Assembly (NCBI GenBank): GCA_051530055.1
Contig: CM121341.1
Coordinates: 7,604,784 to 7,668,783 of the forward strand
Direction: 5' to 3'
DNA length: 64,000 nucleotides
Source of the DNA: Neoechinorhynchus agilis
Lineage: Eukaryota > Animalia > Acanthocephala
Position numbers and translations under genes: made by a program
Part shown: in pieces, positions 1 to 11,866 of the stretch
Numbering within the stretch: position 1 is the first letter of the stretch
Layout of the letters: each line of letters opens with the position of its first letter
The notes under the pieces: model-generated
What the model was told of the DNA's origin: nothing
The model's database searches: none
Seen by the model: only the letters and a program-made list of their open reading frames with translations

Positions 1-2529
1 GTTTGGATTCGTGAAATCGGATGAACTTTATATCGAATAGAAATCGTTTTGATCCGCTTTAAATGGCTAATAGCTATTTATCTCATGACCAAATTGCTTG
101 TATGTGCGCTTGTCTAATTCTGGTCGATGAAGATTTAAAGATCACGGCGGTCGTATTTCTTCGGTCTTCATCAGTGAAAATGTGAATGTTGAGCCGTTTT
201 GTTGAACTACAAGACGGTTGTTCTTAAAGTCTTTAGATATCTTTCCTCCCAAGAGTGAACGGCGGTAGTGGTAAATGGCTAAAATCGATGAAATTTATGA
301 AAAAAAAGGCCAAGGTCAGCCATTCAACGGTTTTTTGCTTACCATTTTAGACACATTTGTGTTGATGAAAGCCTTCATTCGAAAGTGTTATCACTTCGAC
401 GTACTTACTAGATCAGGAGCTATTTTGATTTTTACACTTGCTGATTTATTCTTGAAGTCTCAGGCCGTGTTGAGTGTAGAAAATTGTGCTTTTCAACACA
501 AATTGGAGCTGTCCCTCCTACTGGTCACCTTATTTGCTCCTTAGAGATGTTTTGCCTTTTATCTTTCAACAGTACTCTAAGAAGCCTCATTCCTTGTTGG
601 ATGGGTGGCTGATGGAAACCTTCCTGGATATCTCTTCCATCCCCAGGTTCAGAGTTTTGTTTGACACGACTTCTTGGTAGCTTTAATCGATGCATCAGTA
701 ACGCATCTTTGTCCTGGTAGCAGTTCAATCCGTCAATGACAAGATCTGCCGCGAGTGCGCTAATTTCTTCGGTACTGCCTCCTGCGCACAATAGGCTTAA
801 GCTCTCAATCGATTTTAATAGAAGAATAGCTTAGTCAATTGACCGAATATCTTCCTCTGCTGGGTAAACTTGTAGATTCGCGAGATTTGAATACGCCTGC
901 TAGGAAAAATATTCCGTTGATTTATCAAAGTGAACTCTACTTGTTTATTTCGGATTCACTGGGTTGGAGGATTTTACAAAAAATAATAAATTGCATAACA
1001 TAAAATGAATCGTCCAATTTTTTAGAGGTATAGTCGAAAAACCTATCTTTAATAGGCCAGATTTAGGAAAAAAATAGTATGATTGAGATCTACTTCGTGG
1101 TTAAAAGATTCCCTTTTTACTTTATCCTTAAGGACTAGATTTTTTCAAGTTTGAAGAGCTCTTTAACTCTGTAGAGAACAGATCGCCTTACAACATCGAA
1201 TGTTTTATTGATTTCTATTTTTGAAACAATTTTGTTTGTTCGATATATTAAATCTTGGTGTCATTTTCCTTATCTTTAATTTCTGTTTAAACGCGATCTT
1301 CTGTTTCTCTTGGACTCAGGAAATCTTGTATATTCTTTGCTCTTTTCCTGTTAAGTTAACTTGTCTCAATCTGAATGAATACAATCGTAAGAAGTCGAGG
1401 TTTGGACGCGAGTTCCCAACTATTGTTTCCGTTCAATTGTTTTTGAACTGTGTTTGTTGTAAAATCGTAATGACAATCAAACTCCGTGGTTCAATGTAGT
1501 ACATTTTTGAGAACAACACGTTTTATTGCTCCCTCAAATAAGCAAAATCGACTTTCATTTGAAATAGTTTAACTGTTTCTCTTTTCAAGCATAAATTTCC
1601 GATTCGCATTGTCCGTAATATGGTCATCTTAATAGCGATTGTCAAATTCAGCAACTCGCCATGCTCTAATGTCATTCACCGACGCCATTTCTCAGTTTCG
1701 TGTATAAGATGGAGCAAAGTTATTCAGTCTTTAAACCTACGAATAGTTTTTATGCTCCCGATGCAGAGTTTACTTTCCGGAGTCATCCGTCATTGGGCCT
1801 TTTCACCCGCATGTGGCCTTTTCCTGAAGCCCACTTAAATTTAAAACTTTACCATTTCGCCATTCCAAATCACCATTTTCCACCAACCAAAGGCAGGTAT
1901 TTTGGCCCAAGTACACAAAATATCACCCAGAGATTTTGACGATCGAACTTTTGTAGGTTTTACCTCGTTTTAAACTGACGATGATGTTCACTAATCGTGA
2001 GTACACGGTCACTAGATTTATTGCCACCAATGAATGAACTCGCTCAAGAATTCGGCTTTATTTTTTCGGGCAGCCTTCCTTTGATATTTTACTAGCGAAA
2101 CACTTGGATTTATGCGCTTTGCTTCTCATAGTGGATCGATGAACTGCGTGAATAACAATTAATTCCAATGAGAAACGCTTTATAGCACAAATTTATGTAT
2201 TTTTTATATTTCTAAATCAAAAGAACGTGCAAACAATAATGCTTTCGTTTATTTTATAATTCAATTAAACAAGTTTTCCATAAGCCAATCAACCACTACT
2301 ATTGGACACTTTCAATATCGAGAGGATACATAAAGTGACAGTTTAATTCATCTAAATTGAAGATTAAGAAGTATCTACATTTACGGTCTAATTACATGAA
2401 GTATTTATGGCTCAAAAAGTTTTGTTATTTCAAGACAGTGATAACCAAACAATCATATGGAACATGTTTATATGTTCGGATGAAATATAAATGTTTGAGA
2501 TATGGGAATTTGAAGTAAGAATTAATTTA

Positions 2530-3580
2530 TTAATTGAATATTTCGATCCAAACCAGGATCTTCTTCAGCAATTCTAAAAAAGAGAGGCAGGGAATGTCAA
2601 AAACTATCACACGTTGATCTTATCGGGTGGAATCCGAAGCTTCAATGTGTAATCTGGCTTGTTTCCATCAAAAATGGATGACGACTGGATATACACAGCT
2701 TCCATGACCACACGACTGAATCGATCGTGACTTCGTAATAACACTTGTGTGTTATCAAAATCGATATGATATCCAGTATTCACAACGTGTGAGACCACTG
2801 CAGAACTCATGTCACTCTTTCTATTTATCGATCGCTTGTGCTCCTGAATTCTCCTGTTTAGATCGTTCGTTTGTCCGGTGTAGACCTGATTACATTCACT
2901 ACATGGAATCTTGTATACTGATCCAGATTGAGGCTTGCCTTTTTGTTGGGACAAAGCAGTGTGTAAATTACGTCCCTTCCGACAATACACATCTACCAGG
3001 GGACTGCTACTTCCTGTCTGTAGTGTCCTCTGCATCTTCCTGAACAAGGATTCATCGTGGAAGGGGACCTCTAGGAAAATCTTCTCTTTCTTCGCATTAG
3101 AAACCCTTCCGTGGCTGTATCTCACTCCTTCAAGGCATCTTTGTACCAAATGTAGAGGATACCCGAGTCTGCCCGACAAGTCGAATAGGAAATTAAGCTC
3201 TTCATCTTCCTCACTACAGTGTGTAAAAGCTCTGTGAAATAAACATCTAATCCTAGACATTTTGTATCTTTGCGGTTGCATTGAGCTCCATGGAACAAAA
3301 CGATGCGGGACACCATATTTCCTATACACGCTCGTTGTGTATGAATTCTCCCTTCGTTCAATTGATACATCGAGAAACGAAAAATATCCTCGTTCCTCAA
3401 TGTTCATTGTCCACTGTATGTGTTCGTCCTTACCATTCAGCTGATTGTGAAGCTCCCCAGGAGACAGGACAGAAGAGTCTAGCAATATGAAGGTATCGTC
3501 CACATATCTAACCCACAATGCGATCCCAGGGATGGCCTTTAGGAAATCAGATTCCTATTGCCTCATATATAAGTTAGTTC
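2530..3580 (-). mobile_element. 5'-truncated Penelope-like retroelement (RT C-terminal half + GIY-YIG endonuclease)
   Basis: ORF 2607-3518: WVRYVDD (RT catalytic motif), FLDV, TSVYRK, then GSVYKIPCSECNQVYTGQT...RRIQEHKR (Penelope GIY-YIG). Upstream in-frame NLYMRQ*ESDFLK (3575 downward) contains a stop; nothing further 5'. Confidence 0.92.
2532..2573 (-). ncRNA. Minimal type-I hammerhead ribozyme in the Penelope 3' UTR
   Basis: Minus strand reads AAUUG-CUGAAGA-A-GAUCC-UGGUUU-GGAUC-GAAA-UAUU-CAAUU: stem I AAUUG/CAAUU, core CUGAnGA and GAAA, perfect 5-bp stem II, loopless palindromic stem III (AUAU), cleavage triplet AUU. It lies about 35 nt past the PLE stop codon; PLE-encoded minimal hammerheads are established. 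Confidence 0.7.
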
Positions 3581-4524
3581 GGATTGGATTTTGGTCAGGT
3601 TGAAACAATAGAAGGAAGTGAGGTAGAATTCAAGCTTAACTTAAGAGGAGAGTGAATATCCATCTTTTTAGGTGTGTATTTTGGACCTTGATGAAGGCAT
3701 ACAAATTTGCTGAAATATCGGATTCTATAAATTACTTCAAATTTTCCGCCATATAAAAACATGAATAATGCAATCCTCAAACATTTCAAAAAAGGTAAAT
3801 CATTTTGAATTTTTTTACTAATTTTTCGATTATTTATATATACTGAAGTTCCAAAAATGCTTCTAATCGTTATTGGTACTTCGAAATAAAGGGTTTTTTT
3901 CGTTAGAGGGAAACATTTTAGGCCCGTGTAAAGAGATTAAAGAATGATTCGTTAATCAATAATTAGGTAAGCTCCGTAGACTTTAATTTTATTGTGGGTT
4001 TGTGGAGTTTTGATTTATTTACAAGTTCTGAAAGTTTTGCATTCCTGTGATAAATTGTCAAGAGCATCACCATTAAGACTCTTTATTGGTGAATAAAGTG
4101 AAAATAAGTTTTTTTTCAATATAGGAACCGATCATGTTAATGTGTCAAGAAGATGTATAATTATGACTTACAAAAATCATTTGTCAATCATGGAATAATG
4201 GATGTAGAAAATGGTAATATCGCTTTTAATTCAGAATGGACTTAATACTCCCATTAATTTTTCGTTAAAATTAAAGCACACAATTATCGGATTTAGCATT
4301 CGGATAGTGATACCAAACTTCGGGCTTTATTTCGAAACAAAAACTTAACGATGCTAACGGTTCGCGCAGTCACGCATTCACACTGTTAGCGTATTACGCA
4401 ACCGGGGTGCATATTGATATTGTGTTTTTATTGTGATAATATATACCACACGGATATTAATTCGAATGAGGAGTTTCTTAGGCAAATTCGCTGTCATAAC
4501 GTTACCAACAAAAAACGTTTAAAC

Positions 4525-5589
4525 AATCACTACCGTCCATGAAGAAGAGTCGTCCCTCTCCTCTCAGTGATCGCGACCACACTCACCGCGTTTCCTCTTT
4601 GGATCGCGACCACACAATATTTTGGCGTAGGAAGGCATCGGCTCTTGTATTTCCTGTCTTGGCCTGGAGTCTACTCGATAACTCCTTCGTAAATCTAAGT
4701 GCCGAGCTACCGAGCGCACCAAGAGTCTCCACTCCAAAGGGTATAAAAACGTCAGATCTACTTAATGCTTTAGATTTGGTCACTTCCCGCTAGGAAAGCA
4801 CCACAAACCTCCTGTTACTTGCCGCGAACGTGTCTACACACGGGCGTCCCAGTGCCAGGGGAATACGGTGACACCATCCGGACGACGACCATCCAGCCTG
4901 CACAGGTTGCTTGGCTCTAAACTGTTTGGGACGCTCACCGTATTTATGGCCCGTGAGAAACGACCCCCTGATTTGTTGCAAACAAGACCATGTCTCCCCA
5001 GAAGATCCACGATCATTCCACACCGACAACGATGTTCGACACAAATCGGTGGAAATAATCTGAGGGACACTCCGATCCGAACTGCTTCGTGTAGGAGGAG
5101 TGTTCCCGCGGATGCATGAGGCGTCTTTTGATTACCGCAGTGAGGGACTCCTCCGAACTGTCGCCAGCGCAAAGTACAAGTCTGGGGAAAGCAAAGAGCC
5201 GTGTCCAAGAGGACTGAATTTTGCTCGAAGCAGTCCAGCGGAAATGTAGTGAATCTTTTAGCTATTAGATATCGTACGCCCTTTGGGATCCGTTTCAGAA
5301 TGTTCCTGGGAAGAACACGCACGAGATCAGCAGCGGAAGGAAGACTCCCGGCGTCATCGGGGAGCGTCGACGAATTTTCTCGTGTTGCCGGTTGAAGCGA
5401 TCGCGAGATTTTACCAGATCCCCCACAACGTGATTTGACGGGCCCATGAATGCGCAAAGCCCCCAATTTCGTGATTGAAAACGGGTTCAAACAAACGGCG
5501 CATACACTTATGGAGAGGCCTGGTGTCTCGGTAGCGTTGGGTGTTTCCTTGGGCGGGCAGGTTTCCATCTTCATATTGTGGTCTAGCAT
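4525..5589 (-). mobile_element. CRE-like (R2-superfamily, REL endonuclease) non-LTR element, internally deleted (no RT)
   Basis: ORF 4834-5589 joins an N-terminal CAVC...LRIHGP...C zinc finger and LKRIPKG region directly to the C-terminal CRCG...GRHGLVC knuckle and EP..L.R.DGRRPDG endonuclease motif. A frameshifted continuation, FIPFGVETLGALG, lies at 4583-4783. Confidence 0.8.
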
Positions 5590-5619
5590 CTAGATTCGGA
5601 GCGAAGCGGCCCCAAACGT

Positions 5620-6905
5620 GCAATCACCACCGTGCGCAAAATTGGAGCTTCTCTCCTTCCTCGACCGTCGCCATCACGCTGGCAGCATTGCCCCGTTGTA
5701 CTGCCAGCGAGATATTTTGTCGAAGGAATACGCCTGCTCGTTCGTCGCCGGTCGTTTCTCTCAATTTCTTCGAGACATCCTGGAGCAGAGCGAGTGCCGA
5801 GCTGCCGAGCGTTCCATACGTCTCTACCCCAAAGGGGACAAAATAGTGAGCCCTCGATAACTGAATATATTTCCGTATTTTCCTCCCTTCCGCTGCACTG
5901 GCGGCACCACCGACGATTTCGAGGGAGTAGGGGATGTTGCTGGCTGCGAGGGTATCCACACACGCGGCGTCCCGGAGAAGGCATTTGCCCTCCCGCCACG
6001 GGAAGACCGAAATTCCATCGGGTCTACGGCCGTCTAGTCGACAAAGGTGGGCGGGTTCCAGGATGCTCGGGAAGTTCGCCGTTCTCAACGCCCGAGAAAT
6101 TGCGTTATTCATTTCAGAATGGCGTCAGAACCTTCCTGCTGACCTTCGGCAGACGAGACCGTGTCGCCCGAAAGCATCAACCAAAGACCCATGTCGACAG
6201 CGACGGGGCGTGCATTTCGGGAGACCAACTCTTAAGGATACTGAGATCCTCGTTACCTCATCAGTGAGAAGAGTTCCCATAGATGTCAGAGGAACAGCCT
6301 CCAACCACGCCCCAGATTCTCGTGTTGAAACTGCCAACATTCTAGCTCGGACGACCCCATCGCGAGAACCTGAAAGTAGAGAGCTGTGAGCTCTCGCGGC
6401 AAGAGGTCCGTCCCAGATCGACTGTCTGGGGCCATTCACGGGAATATGGTTAGCGCCTGTCTGCTGGCACCATTCCTCAACCGCCACCACGAAATCCCGG
6501 TCAAGACAGAACTTTTCCTTCAAACTTTTCTTCGATACTGGTAGGCTCCCCTCAAACGATCCAAGAAAGGCCGGCAAAGCAAGGTCCACTAGTGCCCGAA
6601 TCCCCAATCCCCCAGATGACACAGGCAATGAAGCTTGTCGCCACGCCTCATCTGAGAGCTGGACATTTAAAATACGCTAGAGACAAGCCCTCACCTTGCC
6701 GTCGAGCTTAGCCAATCCTTTTTTGTGTTTGGAGAATGTTGCTGTGCGAACCTTGTACAATAATTTGGGGATGAAGAGCGCGTTCTTTATGAGAAACAAG
6801 GCTTCATGAGCCGAGAGAGCGCTCACCCTATCGAAAAAGCAACGAAAGTTTCGGTATGAATCAAAGACGCAACTACTTAGGAGGCTGAGTTGCTCTGGAG
6901 TCACG
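5620..6905 (-). mobile_element. CRE-like non-LTR retrotransposon, 5'-truncated and frameshifted
   Basis: Three frames give PKLLY (6677-6904), PVSSGGLGIR...ARMLA..ESGAWL...GRHGLVC (6125-6628) and EPAHLCRLDGRRPDG...D..CVDTLA.SN...E.RK.RKY...FVPFGVETYG (5624-6112). No RT core is present. Confidence 0.85.
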
Positions 6906-6992
6906 ATTTATATTTCGAATCAACAAATCGAAGCATTTATTGTGCTATATATCAAATTTTCAAACAGGATTCTAAATTAAAAAACAAGTTGC

Positions 6993-7166
6993 TCAAATTT
7001 CAGAATTCGGGTTTTCACGTTGAATCAATCCAGTTATTTCTTTTTGACAACTAAGTTCCATGGAATCGTTTCTAATGGTTTTGAATCCTTTGTAGAGAGC
7101 ACAGCAGCAGAAAAAGGTCATTGAAAAGGCCATCATTCCCGTGTTCAATAGTTGATTAACGCTCAT
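6993..7166 (-). CDS. 57-aa single-pass microprotein, COX14-like (tentative)
   Basis: MSVNQLLNTGMMAFSMTFFCCCALYKGF resembles the COX14 pattern QL..G...FS......YGG(Y/F) as I recall it; size is similar. Divergent from METTL25 across about 160 bp. Alignment by eye only. Confidence 0.45.
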   Translation of the reverse strand: MSVNQLLNTGMMAFSMTFFCCCALYKGFKTIRNDSMELSCQKEITGLIQRENPNSEI

Positions 7167-7327
7167 CCGTCGGAGAATAAAGTTGAACATTTTCGGGATC
7201 TCACAATTAAAAAAATCCATCAAATATTACACAATAGAAATCTTCGTTCTTTCGCACTGTTAAAATCTCGATTTTGCTTTCTTAACGTCCGGAAATCTTG
7301 TGGAAAAATCATTGTAACTTTAACGAG

Positions 7328-10300
7328 ATGAGTTATTCAGAATTGGGAGATCATCTTATGAGGGCAGCAGAATTCCTTAGTCCTTATTATGAGTTTTTAA
7401 ACACTCATAATGTTGATTTTCTTCTGAACGATAACTGGAACCGTTTTTTGCCTCAGCCGATATTCGACGACCTCATTAAAGTAGTGAATAAACGAATTGG
7501 TAGCAACCAAAATGATGGGCCTGCTCGTTTGCTGATTCGAGGACTCACAGAGTAAGCCACTCACATAAAATGGATTCTTGATTTTTTTATTTAATAGGAA
7601 TGAAATGGATAAACAATTCGTTCCCAATTTGTTCAAATTACAAGGGTGGAACAATTTATAAACCATCCGCGGAATATGCGGATTTTTTGTACTGTTTCTG
7701 AACCAAATGCTGAATTCATCGAGAGAAAATTCATTTGGGGTGATAAAAATGTGGAGATCATAATTCTCCCCCCTCCGTCGGATTTTGAATTAAAATATTC
7801 TACTGGGAAGTTTCATCAGTAATCTTGAAAACGTTTTTCCATTATTTGTCTCTAATTTATTTCTTTTTTCATCGATAGGAAAACGTTTGAAGATGTGGAG
7901 ATCAGAATTCCCCCCTCCGTCGGATTTTGAATTAAAATATTCTACTAGGAAGCTTCATCAGTAATCTTGAAAACGTTTTTCCATTATTTGTCTCTAATTT
8001 ATTTCAATTTTTAGCGATAGGAAAGCGTTTGAAGATGTGGAGATCATAATTCTCCCCCCTCCGTCGGATTTTGAATTAAAATATTCTACTGGGAAGTTTC
8101 ATCAGTAATCTTGAAAACGTTTTTCCGTTTGTTGTCTCTAAATTATTTCTTTTTTCACCGATAGGAAAACGTTTGAATATGTGGAGATCAGAATTCCCCT
8201 CTCCGTCGGAATTTGAATTAAAATATTCTACTGGGAAGTTTCATCAGTAATCTTGAAAACATTTTTCCGTTTATTGTCTCTAATTTATTTCTTTTTTCAG
8301 CGATAGGAAAACGTTTGAAGATGTGGAGATCAGAATTCCCCCCTCCGTCGGAACTTGAATTAAAATATTCTACTGGGAAGTTTCATCAGTAATCTTGAAA
8401 ACGTTTTTCCGTTTATTGTCTCTAATTTATTTCAATTTTTAGCGATTAGAAAGCGTTTGAAGATGTGGGGATCAGAATTCCCCCCTCCGTCGGATTTTGA
8501 ATTAAAATATTCTACTTGGAAGCTTCATCAGTAATCTTGAAAACGTTTTTCCGTTATTTGTCTCTAATTTATTTCAATTTTCAGCGATAGGAAAGCGTTT
8601 GAAGATGTGGAGATCATAATTCTCCCCCCTCGGTCGGAATTTGAATTAAGAAATTCCACTAGGAAGCCTTATCAGTAATCTTGAAAACGTTTTTCCGTCT
8701 ATTGTCTCAAAATTGAAATTTATTGAAAGTGATATTAGAAGTGCACCTTAATATCAAATTCCATAGCTAAATTAAACTCCAAAATGTTGACTTGTTTTTG
8801 GTTTTAAAAGCGTATTTCGGTACAAATCCTATTGTTGTTCTAAATTTCCTTTTTGTTCGTTGCTCCATCTCGATACTTGTGCAAATAAGAAGTCATGTTG
8901 ATGTTTTGAACACTTATATCGTTAATCCGGACCAAGTCCTGTCGGCTCTTGACTACAGTGGTCCTTCGAATCACGGAAATTTAAGTGGACTTTGTGGATT
9001 CATGGGCGAGAAAAAGTCCCATGAAGTACAAAATTTAGCACCGATCATTAAATCTATATACGACTGCGTAAAATGCGACGTAAGTTCTATTTTTGGCGTT
9101 AATACGAATAACATTGGTGTTTTGAGCTCGTTATTGATGTTGGAAGTGGTAAAGGATACTTGGATACTTTTCTCACGTACTTTTACAATATTCCTGTTGT
9201 TGGAATCGAATCAAGTGAAGCAATCACGACTAGTGCTAAGAATCGCAAGAAGCGGATGATGTTTCGCCTTAGAGCCCTACGAAACTGTGAACCGAAACTC
9301 GGTCAGGTTTTGCATACTGTTTCAGACAGGATTGATTGGTTTTGCTCCTTATCAGTCTTGTCGTTTAGAAGAACTCACTGACGTTATAGTTGATGAAAAG
9401 TGTCTCAATACACAACCAATATTTGCTCAAGTTCAACGTGGACTCTTATGTGGTTTGCATTCGTGTGGTCAACTGAGTGCAACGCTTCTTAAATCTTTTA
9501 TTTTGAACGACCGTTTGTCGGCTTGTGTGGTTATTCCATGTTGTTATCAGCGTTTCGAGGAATCAAACTACAAATCAGTGTTTCTAAGCGAAGAGGAATA
9601 TCAAAAAACACCAAAGAGCTTTCCACTTTCCTCAGCACTGAGAGAAGTTGAATTCAAATTGGGACGAGATGCACGATCCTTAAGCTGTAGAGGGCATGAA
9701 CTTAGATCAAGCACGGTAAATTCCATCACTTCTTTACCATTAATCTCTTCCAATCAGGAACATGCACTTAAACAAGCCAGACGAATGTGGTTTCGCATTG
9801 TCTTGGAATTTGTGTTAACCAAACTAATTGGATTCCAACTTGTTAGAGAACATACTCATTTCGGAAGGAGTCTGATGAATACCGAAACCATGTCTCAATT
9901 CTCAACGTATTGTTATTGTGTGTTCGATAAACTCAAGCTGCCAAATGCACTCAGGGTTAGTGCGTTAATCATCAACAGAGAAAATCCTTCGGGATAATCA
10001 AAGTTTATACTTTTGGTGAAAATAATCCACATTTCCTATATATAAATCAAGTTTTTAAACGCATAATTCGGACTCGAAAATTCACTAATCTTTATTTAGC
10101 CGGATATTTCATCTATAGGATAATTCCGACATGAGCTGGTGGTGGGGATAAAAACAAATTATATCAAAGAATGACTTTAATTGAAATATGGATTTATTCT
10201 CTTTGATCGTTCTGTCTCCACACATTCAATGGTCGACGGATGTCGAGACTGACGGTGGTAGATTCAGTTTCATTGATGTTGCGATAAGGTGAGCAAGCTC

Positions 10301-10981
10301 AACCGTCGCACTTATCACAAGCGATGATCACGGATGCTGAATTTTAAAAGTAGATTTTTCGAAGGAAACAAGACATACCAAATTCCTTTTTAGATAATTG
10401 ACTGAAGAAGCCTAGTTTGATTGGAAGAAATATTTGAATCATTCTTTGATATATAATTTTTCCCCCGTCGCCACAATAAACCTTGATCAAAATGTCGGAA
10501 TTATCCGATAGGTGAAATATCGGGGAAATAAATCCTTGGTGAATTTTAGATAAATCCCCACGGAGATAATAATCCAAGATAAATCAAATATGTTATGACC
10601 AGGATTATTTTCAGCAAAAAGTATACATTAGAGCTTACTCATGACTTGAGGAAATCAATGAGTCGCAATTACGAGCTCTTTCCCGTTTAAATTTCACATC
10701 TTTCTGTTGAGAAACCCTTTTTTCTCTAGATTTCCCGAGAGTCGCTTGACTCGATTTACAAACACAGTGAAGAGTACGAAGAAGTGGCATTTTTTGCGTA
10801 TCTTGAATTAAAGCTATCGTTTTGCCGATTGCTCGAGTTGATGGTATTGCTCGATTGGCTTGAATTTTTAAAGGAACAACACGAGGAGGGGCTATATTGT
10901 TTCTGCTGTAAGTTGTTCGATCCGACAATTTCACCGAGGAATCATATGTTAATCGCTGTTCGTAAGAAAACCAATATGTGA
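7328..10981 (+). CDS. METTL25: Methyltransferase-like 25, multi-exon
   Basis: Motifs MGEKKSHEV, LVIDVGSGKGYL, GLHSCGQL, PCCY, LFDPTISPRN. GT-AG introns at 7552-7597 (46 nt), 9080-9126 (47 nt) and 9956-10729. Intron 2 (about 7650-8890) and the frame junction near 9261-9329 are only approximately resolved. Confidence 0.85.
7751..8710. repeat. Tandem array, 142-144-bp unit, about 6.7 copies, inside METTL25 intron 2
   Basis: gtggagatca..ctccccctccgtcgga recurs at 7751, 7895, 8037, 8181, 8323, 8465, 8607. Confidence 0.95.
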
Positions 10982-11047
10982 GCGATTTAAAACGATTAAA
11001 GTTTGTTCAAAAAACATTTTGTTTGTCTCAAAACATTGCGAGAGGTG

Positions 11048-11055
11048 TATAAAAG
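11048..11055 (+). promoter_or_regulatory. TATA box candidate
   Basis: TATAAAAG 40 nt upstream of the ATG at 11088. Confidence 0.45.
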
Positions 11056-11087
11056 CGTCCGGATCTACCTTTCATCAAGTGTCAACT

Positions 11088-11606
11088 ATGGATTCTCTCA
11101 TCGCTTTAGTGTTTGTCTCGATCATTTTGAGTTGTGGAGCGTCGTCCAATTATAGTCACAGAATTGAAATGGGCACTGCTAATGATTTGATAATCCGAGG
11201 AAATGCCAGCTACCATGACTTTGTCCACCTACTCCTTGAAAATTCCAAACGTACTGGCCATATTAAGACCGTGTTCGTAGCTTTTTACGATGGAAATGGA
11301 CCGGTTGATGAGCTCAATGACCAGTACGAGGATTTGAAGAATGTGTTCTCCCAAATGGAATCTGCACAACATGTTCAGCTTATTCGAACCGATGTTGATT
11401 CTTTGATGAAAGGAGGAGATTTGGAGGATGGAATTATCACAAGTCCTCAGAGAGGATCTGTGATGATAACGGGAACGACGATGGAAGTATTGCCAAACGA
11501 AGAAAAAGGATATTTGGAATTCGTAAAAGTATTTAAAGGACGATATTTCCCAATGTTCGCTAACAACGATATTGTGGAGACGATTAAGGAATTTTCGAAG
11601 ACCTAA
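11088..11606 (+). CDS. Secreted 172-aa protein with a probable non-catalytic thioredoxin-like fold
   Basis: Hydrophobic signal MDSLIALVFVSIILSCGAS. VFVAFY and QLIRTDVD resemble Trx beta-strands (VEFY.., F.KVDVD); no CxxC. Intronless. Confidence 0.55.
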   Translation: MDSLIALVFVSIILSCGASSNYSHRIEMGTANDLIIRGNASYHDFVHLLLENSKRTGHIKTVFVAFYDGNGPVDELNDQYEDLKNVFSQMESAQHVQLIRTDVDSLMKGGDLEDGIITSPQRGSVMITGTTMEVLPNEEKGYLEFVKVFKGRYFPMFANNDIVETIKEFSKT

Positions 11607-11866
11607 ACTGATCAGTCGTTTTTCTATAAATTATACTACTTAAAACGTCTTTTTGATACCTTAATCGAATTGCTTTCCAAATGTTCGGTTGTATCGACCC
11701 GAGTTTCGGCGATAAAGACAGAAGCGCACGAAGCGTTTGCTAATGTTTCTTTGGCAATTAACGCAGTCGATTAGACCGAATGAAAATCCTGTTTGTGGAG
11801 ACAAATTTGTTATTTTAGTTCGTTGGTTTTTAACGCAAATTTGATCTAGTGGCAAAAAATAAGATT

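Noticed and set aside
270-791. Broken minus-strand frames (LVIDGL, HRL, VKIKIAPDL) faintly like LINE ORF1
   Set aside because: Multiple stops and only weak motif resemblance; cannot be supported without a profile search.
7636-8892. Possible degenerate TIR (gtggaacaa/ttgctccat) and 12-bp direct repeat around METTL25 intron 2
   Set aside because: The direct repeat is out of frame with the exons and the intron boundaries are uncertain, so it is not counted as another introner.
10260-10342. Intronic hairpin with box C/D-like words (ttgatgt, gatgat, ctga)
   Set aside because: Box C is degenerate and the terminal stem includes the D box; insufficient for a snoRNA call.
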